A stretch of DNA of 64,000 bases from Candidatus Bipolaricaulota bacterium (GCA_022838705.1 JALHJZ010000002.1:213258-277257); one strand, 5' to 3'; shown: positions 28,180 to 37,996, counted from the first letter of the stretch. A program made the numbers and translations. The notes: a model not told the origin generated them from the sequence alone.

Positions 28180-29640
28180 CTAGGGGCGCGCCTTTCGGTC
28201 CCCTAGATCCACTTTAAGTCGGGGTTCCCGCACCGCCCGCGCCTCATCGAGCCGACGCACCGGCGTCGTATGGGGGGCATCGTGGAGGAGCTCCGGCTGT
28301 TCGCGGGCCTCCCGGGCGATGGCGAGCATCGCCGCGGCGAACGCGTCGAGGGTCTCCCGCGGCTCGGTCTCGGTGGGCTCGATCATGAGCGCCTCCCGGA
28401 CGATGAGCGGGAAGTAGACCGTCGGCGGGTGGAACCCATAGTCCATGAGCCTCTTGGCGATGTCGAGCGTGCGCACCCCATCCAGTCCCTCCCCGGACAG
28501 GACGAACTCGTGCTTGGCGAGCCGATCGTAGGGGAGCTTGTACGGGCCCGCGAGCTTCGCCTTGAGGTAGTTCGCCGCGAGGACAGCCCCCGCCGACACC
28601 TCGCGCAGCCCGTCGTCCCCCAGGGTGAGGATGTAGGCGAGGGCCTTGGCGATCACGAGCACGTTCCCGAAGTAGGGGTGGACGCGGCCGATCGACTTCG
28701 GCCGGTCCCAGACAAGCTTGAACTCCTCCCCCTCCCGCACGACCTCGGGGACGGGGAGGTAGGGGAGGAGGGCCTCCGACACGGTCACCGGACCCGCTCC
28801 GGGGCCGCCCCCGCCGTGGGGGGTGGAGAACGTCTTGTGGAGGTTGATGTGGAACACGTCCGCCCCCATGTCCCCCGGTCGGGCTCGGCCGACGTAGGCG
28901 TTGAGGTTCGCCCCATCGAAGTAGCAGAGGCCGCCCGCGTTGTGGACGAGCGAGGTGATGGTGAGGATGTCCTCCTCGAACAGCCCGAGGGTGTTGGGGA
29001 CGGTGAGCATGATCCCCGCCACGTCTGGGCCGAGGGCTCCCCGGAGGGCAGTGAGGTCCACCAGCCCCCGCCGGTCGGATGGGAGGGAGACGACGGAGAA
29101 CCCAACCATCGCTGCCGAGGCGGGGTTCGTGCCGTGGGCGGAGTCGGGGAGGAGGATCTTCGTCCGCGTGCCGAGCTCTCCGCGGTCCTCGAGCCACTTC
29201 TTGATGAGGAGCATCCCCGTGAGCTCCCCATGGGCCCCCGCCGCCGGCTGGAGGGTGATCCCCGGCATGCCGGCGATCCCCTTCAGGCACTCCCCCATCT
29301 CCCACAGGAGGGCGAGCGCCCCTTGACACTCCTCGGCGGGGAGGAGGGGGTGGAGGTCGGCGAGCCCGGGGTGGCGCGCGAGGTCCTCGTGGAGCTTGGG
29401 GTTGTGCTTCATCGTGCACGAGCCCAACGGGTAGAACCCCGTGTCCACCCCGTAGTTCATCCGGGAGAGGGCGGTGTAGTGGCGGACGAGCTCCGGCTGC
29501 GAGACCGCGGGGAGGCAGGGCGCCCCCGTGCGCCGTAGCTCGGCTGGGATGCCTGCAAGGACCTGCTCTTCCGGCTGGACAAGCGGGGGCAAGGCGACGG
29601 CCCGCCGGCCAGGGGCACCGCGGTCGTAGATCGTGGTCAT
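28180..29640 (-). CDS. gcvPB: glycine dehydrogenase subunit 2
   Basis: YPLGSCTMKHNP, QPAAGAHGE, AHGTNPASA, YFDGANLNA, HINLHKTFSTPHGGGGPG, MIEPTETE. Confidence 0.96.
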   Translation of the reverse strand: MTTIYDRGAPGRRAVALPPLVQPEEQVLAGIPAELRRTGAPCLPAVSQPELVRHYTALSRMNYGVDTGFYPLGSCTMKHNPKLHEDLARHPGLADLHPLLPAEECQGALALLWEMGECLKGIAGMPGITLQPAAGAHGELTGMLLIKKWLEDRGELGTRTKILLPDSAHGTNPASAAMVGFSVVSLPSDRRGLVDLTALRGALGPDVAGIMLTVPNTLGLFEEDILTITSLVHNAGGLCYFDGANLNAYVGRARPGDMGADVFHINLHKTFSTPHGGGGPGAGPVTVSEALLPYLPVPEVVREGEEFKLVWDRPKSIGRVHPYFGNVLVIAKALAYILTLGDDGLREVSAGAVLAANYLKAKLAGPYKLPYDRLAKHEFVLSGEGLDGVRTLDIAKRLMDYGFHPPTVYFPLIVREALMIEPTETEPRETLDAFAAAMLAIAREAREQPELLHDAPHTTPVRRLDEARAVREPRLKVDLGDRKARP

Positions 29641-30956
29641 TTCCCCTCCAGGGCGGACATGAATCGGTCCAGTTCCTCTTGGGTCCGCTTCTCGGTGACC
29701 GCGACGAGGAACCCATCTTCGATCCCGAGCGGGGCGAGGACGCGCGGGGGGAGGACGGCGATCCCCGCCCGCCGCAGCTTGGCCACCGCGCCGGCGGGAT
29801 CCGCGCACCGCACCACGAACTCGTGGAAGAACGGCCCCCCGAACGCGAGCCGGTACCCGGGGACGCGCGCGATCCGCGCCGCGAGGGCATGGGCCCGCTC
29901 AAACGACAGGAGCGCCACCCGCTTCAGCCCCTCCTGCTCCATCGCGGCAAGGTACACCGTGGCCGCGAGGGCACAGAGGGCGGAATTGGTGCAGATGTTC
30001 GACGTCGCCCCCTCGCGCCGGATGTGCTGCTCGCGGGTCTGGAAGGTCATCACGTACCCCGTCTTCCCGTCCACATCGCGCGTCTGGCCCGACACGCGGC
30101 CCGGCATCCGCCTCAGGTGAGCCATCCGCGTGGCGAAAAACCCGAGGAGGGGCCCCCCGAACGAAAGTGGGTTCCCAAGAGGCTGTCCCTCCCCCACCAC
30201 CACGTCCGCCCCGAACGAGCCCGGTGGCTCGATCACGGCGAGGGGGATCGGGTTCGCATACGCGATGAGGAACGCCTCCCCCAGACGGTCCTTCAGCCCC
30301 GTGAGGTCCTCGAGGACCCCGAGCGCGTTCGGCTGCTGGACGATGAGCGCGCACGCCCCGTCCGGGATCTGCCCGAGGGCGAGCCGACCGTCCTCGTCGT
30401 AGGGGACCTCGTGGAGGGTGAGGTCGGCCCCCCAGGCGTAGGTGGCGAGGACCTCCCGGGCACGGGGGTGGAGGGAGCGCGGGACGAGGACCCTTCTCCC
30501 CCCTGTGACGCGATGGGCCATCAGCACAGCCTCAGCGAGCGCAGTGGCCCCATCGTACATCGAGGCATTGGCCACCTCCATCCCCGTGAGCTCGCAGATC
30601 ATGGTCTGATACTCGAACATCCAGGTCAGGGTCCCCTGCGAGAGCTCGGGCTGGTAGGGGGTGTAGGCGGTGGAGAGCTCGGACCGGGAGAGGATGTGGC
30701 CGACCACGGGCGGGATGTAGTGGTCGTACAGCCCGCCCCCGAGGAACGGGATCAGCTGCCGGCCCGTGGACCGCTCGGCGAGGGCGGTGAGGTGCCGCTG
30801 GACCCAAAGCTCGTCGTGGGGGGGAAGCCCGAGGGGCTGGTACCGATCCCGGACCGCAGCCGGGATATCGGAGAACAGGGCATCTACGTCGGGGGCACCG
30901 ATCGCCTCGAGCATCGCCCGGATGTCGGCCGCGGTGTGGGGGAGGTAGGGGTTCAT
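29637..30956 (-). CDS. gcvPA: glycine dehydrogenase subunit 1
   Basis: FLGGGLYDH, TAYTPYQPELSQG, NASMYDGATA, GEGQPLG, TREQHIRREGATSNICTN. Confidence 0.96.
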   Translation of the reverse strand: MNPYLPHTAADIRAMLEAIGAPDVDALFSDIPAAVRDRYQPLGLPPHDELWVQRHLTALAERSTGRQLIPFLGGGLYDHYIPPVVGHILSRSELSTAYTPYQPELSQGTLTWMFEYQTMICELTGMEVANASMYDGATALAEAVLMAHRVTGGRRVLVPRSLHPRAREVLATYAWGADLTLHEVPYDEDGRLALGQIPDGACALIVQQPNALGVLEDLTGLKDRLGEAFLIAYANPIPLAVIEPPGSFGADVVVGEGQPLGNPLSFGGPLLGFFATRMAHLRRMPGRVSGQTRDVDGKTGYVMTFQTREQHIRREGATSNICTNSALCALAATVYLAAMEQEGLKRVALLSFERAHALAARIARVPGYRLAFGGPFFHEFVVRCADPAGAVAKLRRAGIAVLPPRVLAPLGIEDGFLVAVTEKRTQEELDRFMSALEGK

Positions 30957-31336
30957 CCGCCGCCCTTCACGAGCGCGTCATAGCTGGCGGCATCGAGGAG
31001 CTCGCCCGCTTCCCTGGGCGCGGCGACCCGGATCACAAACAGCCACCCCTCGCCATAGGGATCCTTGTTCACGAGGTCAGGGGACCCGGGGAGGGCGGCA
31101 TTGACCTCCACCACCTCCCCGCTGAGGGGGGCGAATACCTCCCCCACTGCCTTCACCGACTCCACGGTCGCCAGGCGGTCCCCGCGCCGGCCCACCGCCC
31201 CCACGGAGGGGAGCTCAACGAACACGATGTCCCCCAGCTGCTTCTGGGCGTGGTCGGTGATCCCCACCCGCGCCTTGTCGCCCTCCAGGCGAACCCACTC
31301 ATGATCCTTCGTGTACCGAAGCTCCTGCGGAATCAA
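30953..31336 (-). CDS. gcvH: glycine cleavage system H protein
   Basis: YTKDHEW, VGITDHAQ, ESVKAVG (lipoyl Lys), VNKDPYGEGW; TTG start with AGGAGG SD. Confidence 0.96.
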   Translation of the reverse strand: MIPQELRYTKDHEWVRLEGDKARVGITDHAQKQLGDIVFVELPSVGAVGRRGDRLATVESVKAVGEVFAPLSGEVVEVNAALPGSPDLVNKDPYGEGWLFVIRVAAPREAGELLDAASYDALVKGGG

Positions 31337-31358
31337 CGTCCCTCCTTTCCCGCGATCT

Positions 31359-32732
31359 CTAGAACGGCACGACCTCCCCCTGCTTGGCTGGGGAGTAGAA
31401 CGTGGCCGAGCTCTTATGGAACATGAGGCGGAACTTCCCCAACGGGCCGTTCCTCTGTTTGGCGATGATGATCTCCGTCTCCGCCACCGGACCCGTCTGA
31501 TCGGGGTCATCGTAGTAGTCGGGCCGGTAGATGAATACCACCAGATCAGCGTCCTGCTCGATCGCCCCCGACTCGCGGAGGTCGGAGAGCTGGGGGCGCT
31601 TGGACTCCCGTCGCTCCACAGCCCGGTTGAGCTGGGAGCAAGCGATCACCGGCACCTCGAGCTCGCGGGCAAGCGCCTTCAGGGCCCGCGAGATGTAGGC
31701 GATCTGCTGTTCCCGCACATCGCTCTTGATCCCCGCCTCCACGAGCTGGAGGTAATCCACCACCACCAGGTCCAGCCCATCGTACCTCCTCATCATCTGC
31801 CGCGCCTTGGCCTTGATGGAGAGGACCGAGGCCGTGGACGCATCGTCCACGAGGATCACCGCATCGTGGAGCCGTCCCGCGGCCTCGGCGATGAGCCCCC
31901 ACTTCGCGGCGGGGAGGTACCCATCGCGCAGCCGCTGCAGGTCCACCTGGGCTTCCGCGCAGAGCAGGCGCTCCAGGATCTGCTCCTTCGTCATCTCGAG
32001 CGAGAACAGGCCGACCTTTTTCTTCTCCACAATCGCGGCATGGCGGACGATCCCCAGCGCGAGCGAGGTCTTGCCCGTCCCCGGCCGACCTGCGAGCACG
32101 ATGAGGTCCGACCGCCGCAGGCCAGATGTGAGGGCGTCGAACTCCTCGAACCCGGTGGACAGGGCCGCCACCGGCCGCCGGTGGGGGTCCTTGTGGACCT
32201 CCATCAGCATCTCCAGGTGGTCGTCCAGGAACTCGCGAAGGGAGTGGAAGCTGGGAGCGGACCGGCGCTCGGCGATGGCGAACACCGCCTCTTCCGCCCG
32301 GTCCATCACCCCCTCCAGCGGGAGGTCCTCCTGCTGGGCGAGCTCGGACACCTTCCCCCCCGCCTCGATCAGCCAGCGCCGGAGGGCCTTGTCCTCGATG
32401 ATCCCCGCGTAGTGGTCCACCGCGGTGATCGTCGTGACCCGGCCCATCATCTCCACAAGGTAGCTCCGACCCCCCACCTTGGCGAGCTGGCCCCTCTCCT
32501 CGAGCCGGTTCGCCACCGCTACGGCGTCCGCGTGCTCGCCCTCCTCGAACAGATCAAGAAGGGTGCGGTAGATGATCTGATGGGCCCGGAAGTAGAAGTG
32601 CTCGGGCTTGAGGCGATCGGCCACCGTGGGGATGACCTCGTCGGGCTCGAGGAGCGCCGCTCCCAGGACGAGCTGCTCCGCCTCCTCGTTGCGCGGGACG
32701 TGGAGGATCCCCTCTTCCCCTCGGTCGGCCAC
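31359..32732 (-). CDS. dnaB: replicative DNA helicase
   Basis: AEQLVLGA, LAGRPGTGKT, FSLEM, VVDYLQL, SQLNR, SDLRESGAIEQDAD, KQRNGP; no intein. Confidence 0.96.
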   Translation of the reverse strand: MADRGEEGILHVPRNEEAEQLVLGAALLEPDEVIPTVADRLKPEHFYFRAHQIIYRTLLDLFEEGEHADAVAVANRLEERGQLAKVGGRSYLVEMMGRVTTITAVDHYAGIIEDKALRRWLIEAGGKVSELAQQEDLPLEGVMDRAEEAVFAIAERRSAPSFHSLREFLDDHLEMLMEVHKDPHRRPVAALSTGFEEFDALTSGLRRSDLIVLAGRPGTGKTSLALGIVRHAAIVEKKKVGLFSLEMTKEQILERLLCAEAQVDLQRLRDGYLPAAKWGLIAEAAGRLHDAVILVDDASTASVLSIKAKARQMMRRYDGLDLVVVDYLQLVEAGIKSDVREQQIAYISRALKALARELEVPVIACSQLNRAVERRESKRPQLSDLRESGAIEQDADLVVFIYRPDYYDDPDQTGPVAETEIIIAKQRNGPLGKFRLMFHKSSATFYSPAKQGEVVPF

Positions 32733-32782
32733 GGCACGATCATACCCCCCCAGCGCGCGCCCCCGCCAGTCCCCGACGTGCA

Positions 32783-32811
32783 TTGCCCAGCGCGAATTGG
32801 GGGGCTATACT
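32783..32811 (+). promoter_or_regulatory. sigma70-type promoter of the rpsB-tsf-pyrH operon
   Basis: TTGCCC-N17-TATACT; leader ends in AAAGGAGG SD. Confidence 0.6.
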
Positions 32812-32855
32812 TGGCCCCATACTCACAGCCCCATGCGGCGAAAGGAGGAGGTAGT

Positions 32856-33674
32856 TTGGCGCTTCTCTCGATGAAGGATCTTCTGGAGGCCGGGGTCCAC
32901 TTCGGGCATCGGACCCGGAAGTGGAACCCCAAGATGGCCCGTTACATCTATACTGAACGGAAGGGCATTCACATCATTGACCTCGGGCAGACCCTCGACC
33001 TGTTCGAGCGCGCCTACGAGTTCGTCCGGAGCCAGTCCGCGCAGGGCAAGCCCATCCTGTTCGTGGGGACGAAGCGACAGGTCCAACCCACGATCGAGGA
33101 GGAGGCCAAGCGGTGCGGGAGCCCGTACACGAACCAGCGCTGGATCGGAGGTTGCCTCACCAACTTCGAGGTCATCCGCCGCCGCATCCTGCACATGCTG
33201 GAGCTGGAGCGAAACTTCGCGGAAGGGAAGTACGAGCGTCTCCCGCTCAAGGAACGGATCAAGCTGGAGAAGGAACTCAACTACCTGCGGCGGAACCTCG
33301 ATGGCCTACGCACCCTGGACCGGCTGCCCGGGGCGGTGTACCTCATTGACCCCACCGTCGAGGTCCATGCGGTGCGGGAGGCGAACCTCCTCGGCATCCC
33401 CATCGTCGCCATCTGCGACACGGATTCCGACCCGGACACGGTGGACTACCCGATCCCCGGCAACGATGACGCGATCAAGTCCACCCGCCTCATCACCGCC
33501 CGCATCGCCGACGCGGTGATCGAGGGGCGGGAGGGGCTGCAGACGGCGGAGCCGGCCCCGGCCGAGCCGGGCGAACCGCAGGTGATGCCGGAGCCGGAGC
33601 TTTTGAACGTGGAGACGGACACCCACCTCATGGAGATGTGGGAGGAGCTGGCGGGAGAGGAAGGGAAGGAGTGA
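32856..33674 (+). CDS. rpsB: 30S ribosomal protein S2
   Basis: LLEAGVHFGH, WNPKM, FVGTKRQ, RWIGGCLTNF, PGNDDA; TTG start. Confidence 0.97.
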   Translation: MALLSMKDLLEAGVHFGHRTRKWNPKMARYIYTERKGIHIIDLGQTLDLFERAYEFVRSQSAQGKPILFVGTKRQVQPTIEEEAKRCGSPYTNQRWIGGCLTNFEVIRRRILHMLELERNFAEGKYERLPLKERIKLEKELNYLRRNLDGLRTLDRLPGAVYLIDPTVEVHAVREANLLGIPIVAICDTDSDPDTVDYPIPGNDDAIKSTRLITARIADAVIEGREGLQTAEPAPAEPGEPQVMPEPELLNVETDTHLMEMWEELAGEEGKE

Positions 33675-34270
33675 TGGCGGACGTCAACTTGGAACTGGTG
33701 AAGCGCCTCCGCGCCGACACCGGGGTCGGGATCGTGGATTGCAGGGAGGCCCTCGCCAAGGCGGGCGGGGACCTGGAGAAGGCGAAGACGATCCTCCGCA
33801 TGGAGGGGAAGGAATTTTTGGCGAGCCAATCCCGCGAGGCGAAGGAGGGTCGGGTCGAGGCCTACGTCCACCACTCGGGGAAGGTGGGCGTTCTCCTCGA
33901 GGTGAACACTTCCACCGACTTCGCCGCAAATTCTGAGGCATTCCGGGAGTTCATCCGCAACCTCGCGATGCAGATTGCGGCTGCCAAGCCGCGCTGGGTG
34001 AGCCCGGAGGATGTCCCCCCCGAGGCGGTGGCCGCGGAGCGGGAAGTGCAGCGCACGAAGGCAGAGAAGGAGGGGAAGCCCCCCCACATCGTGGACAAGA
34101 TCGTGGAGGGCCGGCTCCAGAAGTTCTACGAGGAGACCTGCCTCCTGAAGCAGCCCTACGTGCGGGACCCGGCGCTGAAGGTGGAGGACCTCCTCGCCGA
34201 TCTGGGGGCCAAGCTCGGGGAGCCGGTGGTCATCCGCCGGTTCGCACGGTTCGAGGTGGGCGTGGGGTGA
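33674..34270 (+). CDS. tsf: elongation factor Ts (short form)
   Basis: VKRLRADTG, STDFAA, QIAA, IVEGRL, LLKQPYV, RFARFEVG; 198 aa. Confidence 0.96.
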   Translation: MADVNLELVKRLRADTGVGIVDCREALAKAGGDLEKAKTILRMEGKEFLASQSREAKEGRVEAYVHHSGKVGVLLEVNTSTDFAANSEAFREFIRNLAMQIAAAKPRWVSPEDVPPEAVAAEREVQRTKAEKEGKPPHIVDKIVEGRLQKFYEETCLLKQPYVRDPALKVEDLLADLGAKLGEPVVIRRFARFEVGVG

Positions 34271-34965
34271 GCCCTCGCTACCGCCGCGCGCTGGTGAAGC
34301 TGTCGGGCGAGCTCCTCGCCGGACCGGACGGCCCCCTCGATGCAGGGGGCCTTCATTTCTGCGCGAGCGAGATCGAGGCGGCCCGCGGGGCCGGGGTCGA
34401 GCTCGGGGTCGTCATCGGGGGAGGAAACATCGCCCGCGGCTCGGCCCTCCCCCACCTCCCGCCCACGGCAGGCCACGCGATCGGGATGCTGGGGACCCTC
34501 ATCAACGCGGTCGCCCTCCGTGAGGCCCTGAATGAGGTGGGGGTCCCGTCCCTCCTCTTGTCGGCCCTCCCCTGCCCTGGGGTGGCGGGGGAGGTGAACC
34601 CCTGGCAGGCCCGCGCCGCGCTCGAGGCAGGTCACGTTGTCCTGTTCGCCGCTGGCACCGGGAACCCGTTCGTGACCACGGACACGGCGGCGGTGATCCG
34701 CGCCCTCGCCGTGGGGGCCGAGGTCGTCCTCAAGGGCTCCAAGGTGGACGGGGTGTACGAAGCTGACCCCAAGGTGGACCCCACCGCGCAGCCCCTCCCC
34801 CGGCTCACCCCCCGTGAGTACCTGGCGCGGGGGCTGCGGGTACTGGATGGGGCCGCGGTGGCGATCGCTGGCGACCACGGGCTCCCGATCGTCGTCTACC
34901 GCGCGGACCGCGAGGGATCCCTCCTTTCCGCCGTCCAGGGGAAGATCGGGTCCCTCATCGGCTGA
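34267..34965 (+). CDS. pyrH: uridylate kinase
   Basis: VKLSGE, IGGGN, GTGNPFVTTDTAA, KVDGVY. Confidence 0.9.
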   Translation: MSPRYRRALVKLSGELLAGPDGPLDAGGLHFCASEIEAARGAGVELGVVIGGGNIARGSALPHLPPTAGHAIGMLGTLINAVALREALNEVGVPSLLLSALPCPGVAGEVNPWQARAALEAGHVVLFAAGTGNPFVTTDTAAVIRALAVGAEVVLKGSKVDGVYEADPKVDPTAQPLPRLTPREYLARGLRVLDGAAVAIAGDHGLPIVVYRADREGSLLSAVQGKIGSLIG

Positions 34966-34969
34966 CGCC

Positions 34970-34995
34970 AAGAAAAGCGCCGCCCGCGCGGCGCT
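34970..34995 (-). terminator. intrinsic terminator after tRNA-Glu
   Basis: AGCGCCGC-4-GCGGCGCT stem followed by TTTTCTT on the minus strand. Confidence 0.75.
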
Positions 34996-35002
34996 CCCTC
35001 AC

Positions 35003-35075
35003 TGGTCCCAAGGGGATTTGAACCCCTGTCTCCGGGATGAGAGCCCGGTATCCTCGACCCCTAGACGATGGGACC
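35003..35075 (-). tRNA. tRNA-Glu(CTC), CCA not encoded
   Basis: GGTCCCA/TGGGACC acceptor stem, CCGGG-CTCTCAT-CCCGG anticodon arm, AGGGG-TTCAAAT-CCCCT T arm. Confidence 0.97.
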
Positions 35076-35095
35076 GCCTCGCGATTATAGGCTCC

Positions 35096-37240
35096 CTATG
35101 GGCCCACCTCCACCGTATCCACGGGCAGAACGAACGGGTACGGCTTCCCCTGGGCGTCGAGGAGCTCAGCGATCGCGAGCTTCACCGCCACCTTTCCCCT
35201 CGCCGCGAACGCCGCCACGAGGATCTCCCCCGAGGCGGGGGCGTTCCCCGGGATGAGGGCGGTCCGGAACGAGGCAACCCCGTCCTGGGGATCGAACGCT
35301 GTCACCGCGTATGGTTCAGGGGAGGCGACACGGGTGAACGAGAGCGGCTGCCCAGCTTCGTAGGTGAAGGCACCCCCGAGGGTCCCGATGACCGCGCTGT
35401 CCGCGGTGATGCGGAGCGCGCCCTCCACCTGCTCCAGGCCGACCGTGACGGCGGTGAGGCTGATCGTGGTCTTCCCTGGGCTCAAGGTGAACGGGAGCTC
35501 GATCCCCGCCCAATCGATGAGCTTCACAGACGCGAGCTCAACCGCCACCTCCACCGCTGGATCCGCGACGCGGCCCACGACCAGCTGGACCGTGACGAGC
35601 TTCCCCGCCCGCGCTTGGGCCCGCGCTGCCTCGACCCGGAACGTGAGCTCGCCCTTCTCCCGGTCGAGCGATTCCTGGGTGATCCGGTAGGGGGGCTCGG
35701 CGATGAGCTCCAGGGACACCTCCTCCAGAGAGAGGGGCTCCCGCGGGGTGTACCTGAGCACGCCCTGGAACACGCCCACCGTCTCCCCGTCGGTCGTGAT
35801 CTCGACCGTCGAACCGACGGCGGTGAGCTGGATCTTGGGCTGCCCGAAGAAGATCGCCTTCGCCGGCACGACCTCCTGCACGCCAGCGAACTTCGTCAGC
35901 GCAGCGGAGTTGTACAGCCAGTCGTACGGCAGAGCCTCCTCAACCTTCACACGGTGGGCGAGGAGGAGGCTCCCCCCCAGCGGCATCTTCCCGCCCAGGG
36001 AGAGCGTCGTGACGAGCGAGAACGAACCGTCATCCGGGAGGAGGATCGGCTTCCCCGCCGGCGTGAGAAGGGGCAAGGGCTTGATCCCATCCGTGAAGCC
36101 GAGGAACCTCCCCCCTGTGTCGTAGAGCTCGAGCGCGGTGATCTGGGAGGAGACAGTCCCCCGGACCCCGAGTTCAAGCTGATCGAGCCGGATGGGCGTC
36201 TGGTTGCGGTCGGCGTCGGTGAGGGTGAGGGTCGAGTAGGCGAGGGTAGCCGGGACAACGGTGAGCACACGCCCCGCCTCGGGCACGGTCACGGCCAAGG
36301 ACTCTAGCCCAGCGGCCACCACCGTGTCCGGGAGGGGATCGGAGAACGCGAACGACCCTGCCTGAGGGCCCTGGGTCCCCTCGCGCACGGTGATCGCCCA
36401 GCTCGGGGCGACCCGCACCGGCTCCTTGGGGAGGAACGTCGGCGGCACGGTCACCCACAGCCGGACCGATCCCCGCGCCTCGTCGAACGCCACGAACGCC
36501 GGCTCCGGGAGCTGGACCTCGACCCCCGCCGGGACCTCGATCCGGGTGACCCCGTTGTTGATGTCCACGGTCCAGATGAGCTCCCGCGGACCATCCACCC
36601 GCACCGAGACGACGTACATATGGTGAGCGTTGACGTCGGGGGTATCCCACACCTCGGCCTCGGCGACGAGGAAGACGTCGCCCGGGTTGAGGACCCCGCC
36701 CTCGGGGCCGGGAAGGCCTTGGGCGCCGAAGCTCCCGTCCACCACAAACGTGTCGGCAACGCCGTCGGTGAGCTCGATCGTCCCCCCCGCATCGCCCTCC
36801 GACCACCACAACCGGATCTGAGGCTGGACGGTGTGGCCGTGGACGATGTCCTCCGTCACCTTGACCCACACCTCGATCCACGCCTCCCCGTCATCGGGGA
36901 GCATCCGTTCCTCGGCGGGGCGGGGGAGGAGGACCTCCGCGATCGGGAACCCCGTCGAGCGGGCGAGGACCCTCTTCTGGCCAGCGATCTCGATCCTAAG
37001 CTCCACCCATTCGAACTCCGCTGCCGCCGCCGTCCCCATGTTCGCAACGGCTAGCCTTGTAAAGTAGACTGGGTCGCGATTGCCTGCATCGTTATCCCGG
37101 AGAAGGGCCCGCATCACGAGGCCCGTGTCGGTGGGGTTGAACGGCTTGTTCCCGTAGGCGAGGTCGCGGACCTCCTCGATCTGTCCGACCGCAGCCACGT
37201 CCAGGATCAGCACAACCGCCAACGCTAGACACTTGCGCAT
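35096..37240 (-). CDS. large exported modular beta-sandwich protein with two cohesin-like C-terminal repeats
   Basis: Signal peptide MRKCLALAVVLIL; repeated D.D.N..P and LPDDG motifs; paired C-terminal repeats. Confidence 0.6.
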   Translation of the reverse strand: MRKCLALAVVLILDVAAVGQIEEVRDLAYGNKPFNPTDTGLVMRALLRDNDAGNRDPVYFTRLAVANMGTAAAAEFEWVELRIEIAGQKRVLARSTGFPIAEVLLPRPAEERMLPDDGEAWIEVWVKVTEDIVHGHTVQPQIRLWWSEGDAGGTIELTDGVADTFVVDGSFGAQGLPGPEGGVLNPGDVFLVAEAEVWDTPDVNAHHMYVVSVRVDGPRELIWTVDINNGVTRIEVPAGVEVQLPEPAFVAFDEARGSVRLWVTVPPTFLPKEPVRVAPSWAITVREGTQGPQAGSFAFSDPLPDTVVAAGLESLAVTVPEAGRVLTVVPATLAYSTLTLTDADRNQTPIRLDQLELGVRGTVSSQITALELYDTGGRFLGFTDGIKPLPLLTPAGKPILLPDDGSFSLVTTLSLGGKMPLGGSLLLAHRVKVEEALPYDWLYNSAALTKFAGVQEVVPAKAIFFGQPKIQLTAVGSTVEITTDGETVGVFQGVLRYTPREPLSLEEVSLELIAEPPYRITQESLDREKGELTFRVEAARAQARAGKLVTVQLVVGRVADPAVEVAVELASVKLIDWAGIELPFTLSPGKTTISLTAVTVGLEQVEGALRITADSAVIGTLGGAFTYEAGQPLSFTRVASPEPYAVTAFDPQDGVASFRTALIPGNAPASGEILVAAFAARGKVAVKLAIAELLDAQGKPYPFVLPVDTVEVGP

Positions 37241-37303
37241 GCTCGCCTCCTTCACTCCGCTCGATGATACCGCGGGACGCCCGAGCGGACCGGCGATGGG
37301 CGC

Positions 37304-37996
37304 TCAGTCCGTTCCCGGGGAGGAGAGCCCGACGTAGAGGCGCTTCGCCGCCGCCTGCTCGGCCTCCTTCTTCGACCGGCCGCGGCCGACGGCCTCCCCC
37401 GCCGAAAGAGAGGCCCGCACCGCAAACACTTTCTTGTGCTCCGGCCCCTCGGTCGCGATGACCTCGTAGCGGGGGAGCTCCCCGAACCGGGCCTGACCCA
37501 GTTCCTGGAGGAGCGATTTGTAGTCAGGGGCTCCCTCCGCCCCGTGGGCGGCGATCCGCGGGCCGAGGAGCGCCTCCGCGAGGGCAAGCGCCGCGGGGTA
37601 GCCATGGTGGAGGAACGCTGCCCCAACCACCGCTTCCAGCACCGCGGCGAGGACCGAAGGCCGGCCGCGCGCCCCGCCCTCCTCCGCGCCCCTCCCGAGG
37701 AGGAGGAGTTCGCCCAACCCCAGGCCCGCCGCGACCTCCGCCAGCACCGGCCGGGAGACCACGACCGCCCGCAGCTTGGAGAGCTCCCCCTCGTCCCGCT
37801 CGGGGAAGAGGTGGAACAGGAGGTCGGCCACGGCGAGGTCGAGGACCGCGTCGCCGAGGAACTCCAGGCGTTCATTGCTCTCCCCTCCGTGCTCGTTGGC
37901 GTACGAATCGTGGGTCACCGCGGTGCGCAGGAGATCGTCCGGCAGGTCCAGCCCCAGCCGGCCGAGGAGGGCGTGAAGCGGCGGGGGGAGGGTCAT
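37304..37996 (-). CDS. rnc: ribonuclease III
   Basis: THDSY, NERLEFLGDAVL, EGELSKLRA, LEAVVGA, dsRBD DYKSLLQE...KKEAEQAAA. Confidence 0.96.
   Translation of the reverse strand: MTLPPPLHALLGRLGLDLPDDLLRTAVTHDSYANEHGGESNERLEFLGDAVLDLAVADLLFHLFPERDEGELSKLRAVVVSRPVLAEVAAGLGLGELLLLGRGAEEGGARGRPSVLAAVLEAVVGAAFLHHGYPAALALAEALLGPRIAAHGAEGAPDYKSLLQELGQARFGELPRYEVIATEGPEHKKVFAVRASLSAGEAVGRGRSKKEAEQAAAKRLYVGLSSPGTD

Noticed and set aside
32812-32855. S2 autoregulatory leader RNA upstream of rpsB
   Set aside because: The position is plausible, but the leader is short and I could not identify the conserved structure by eye.
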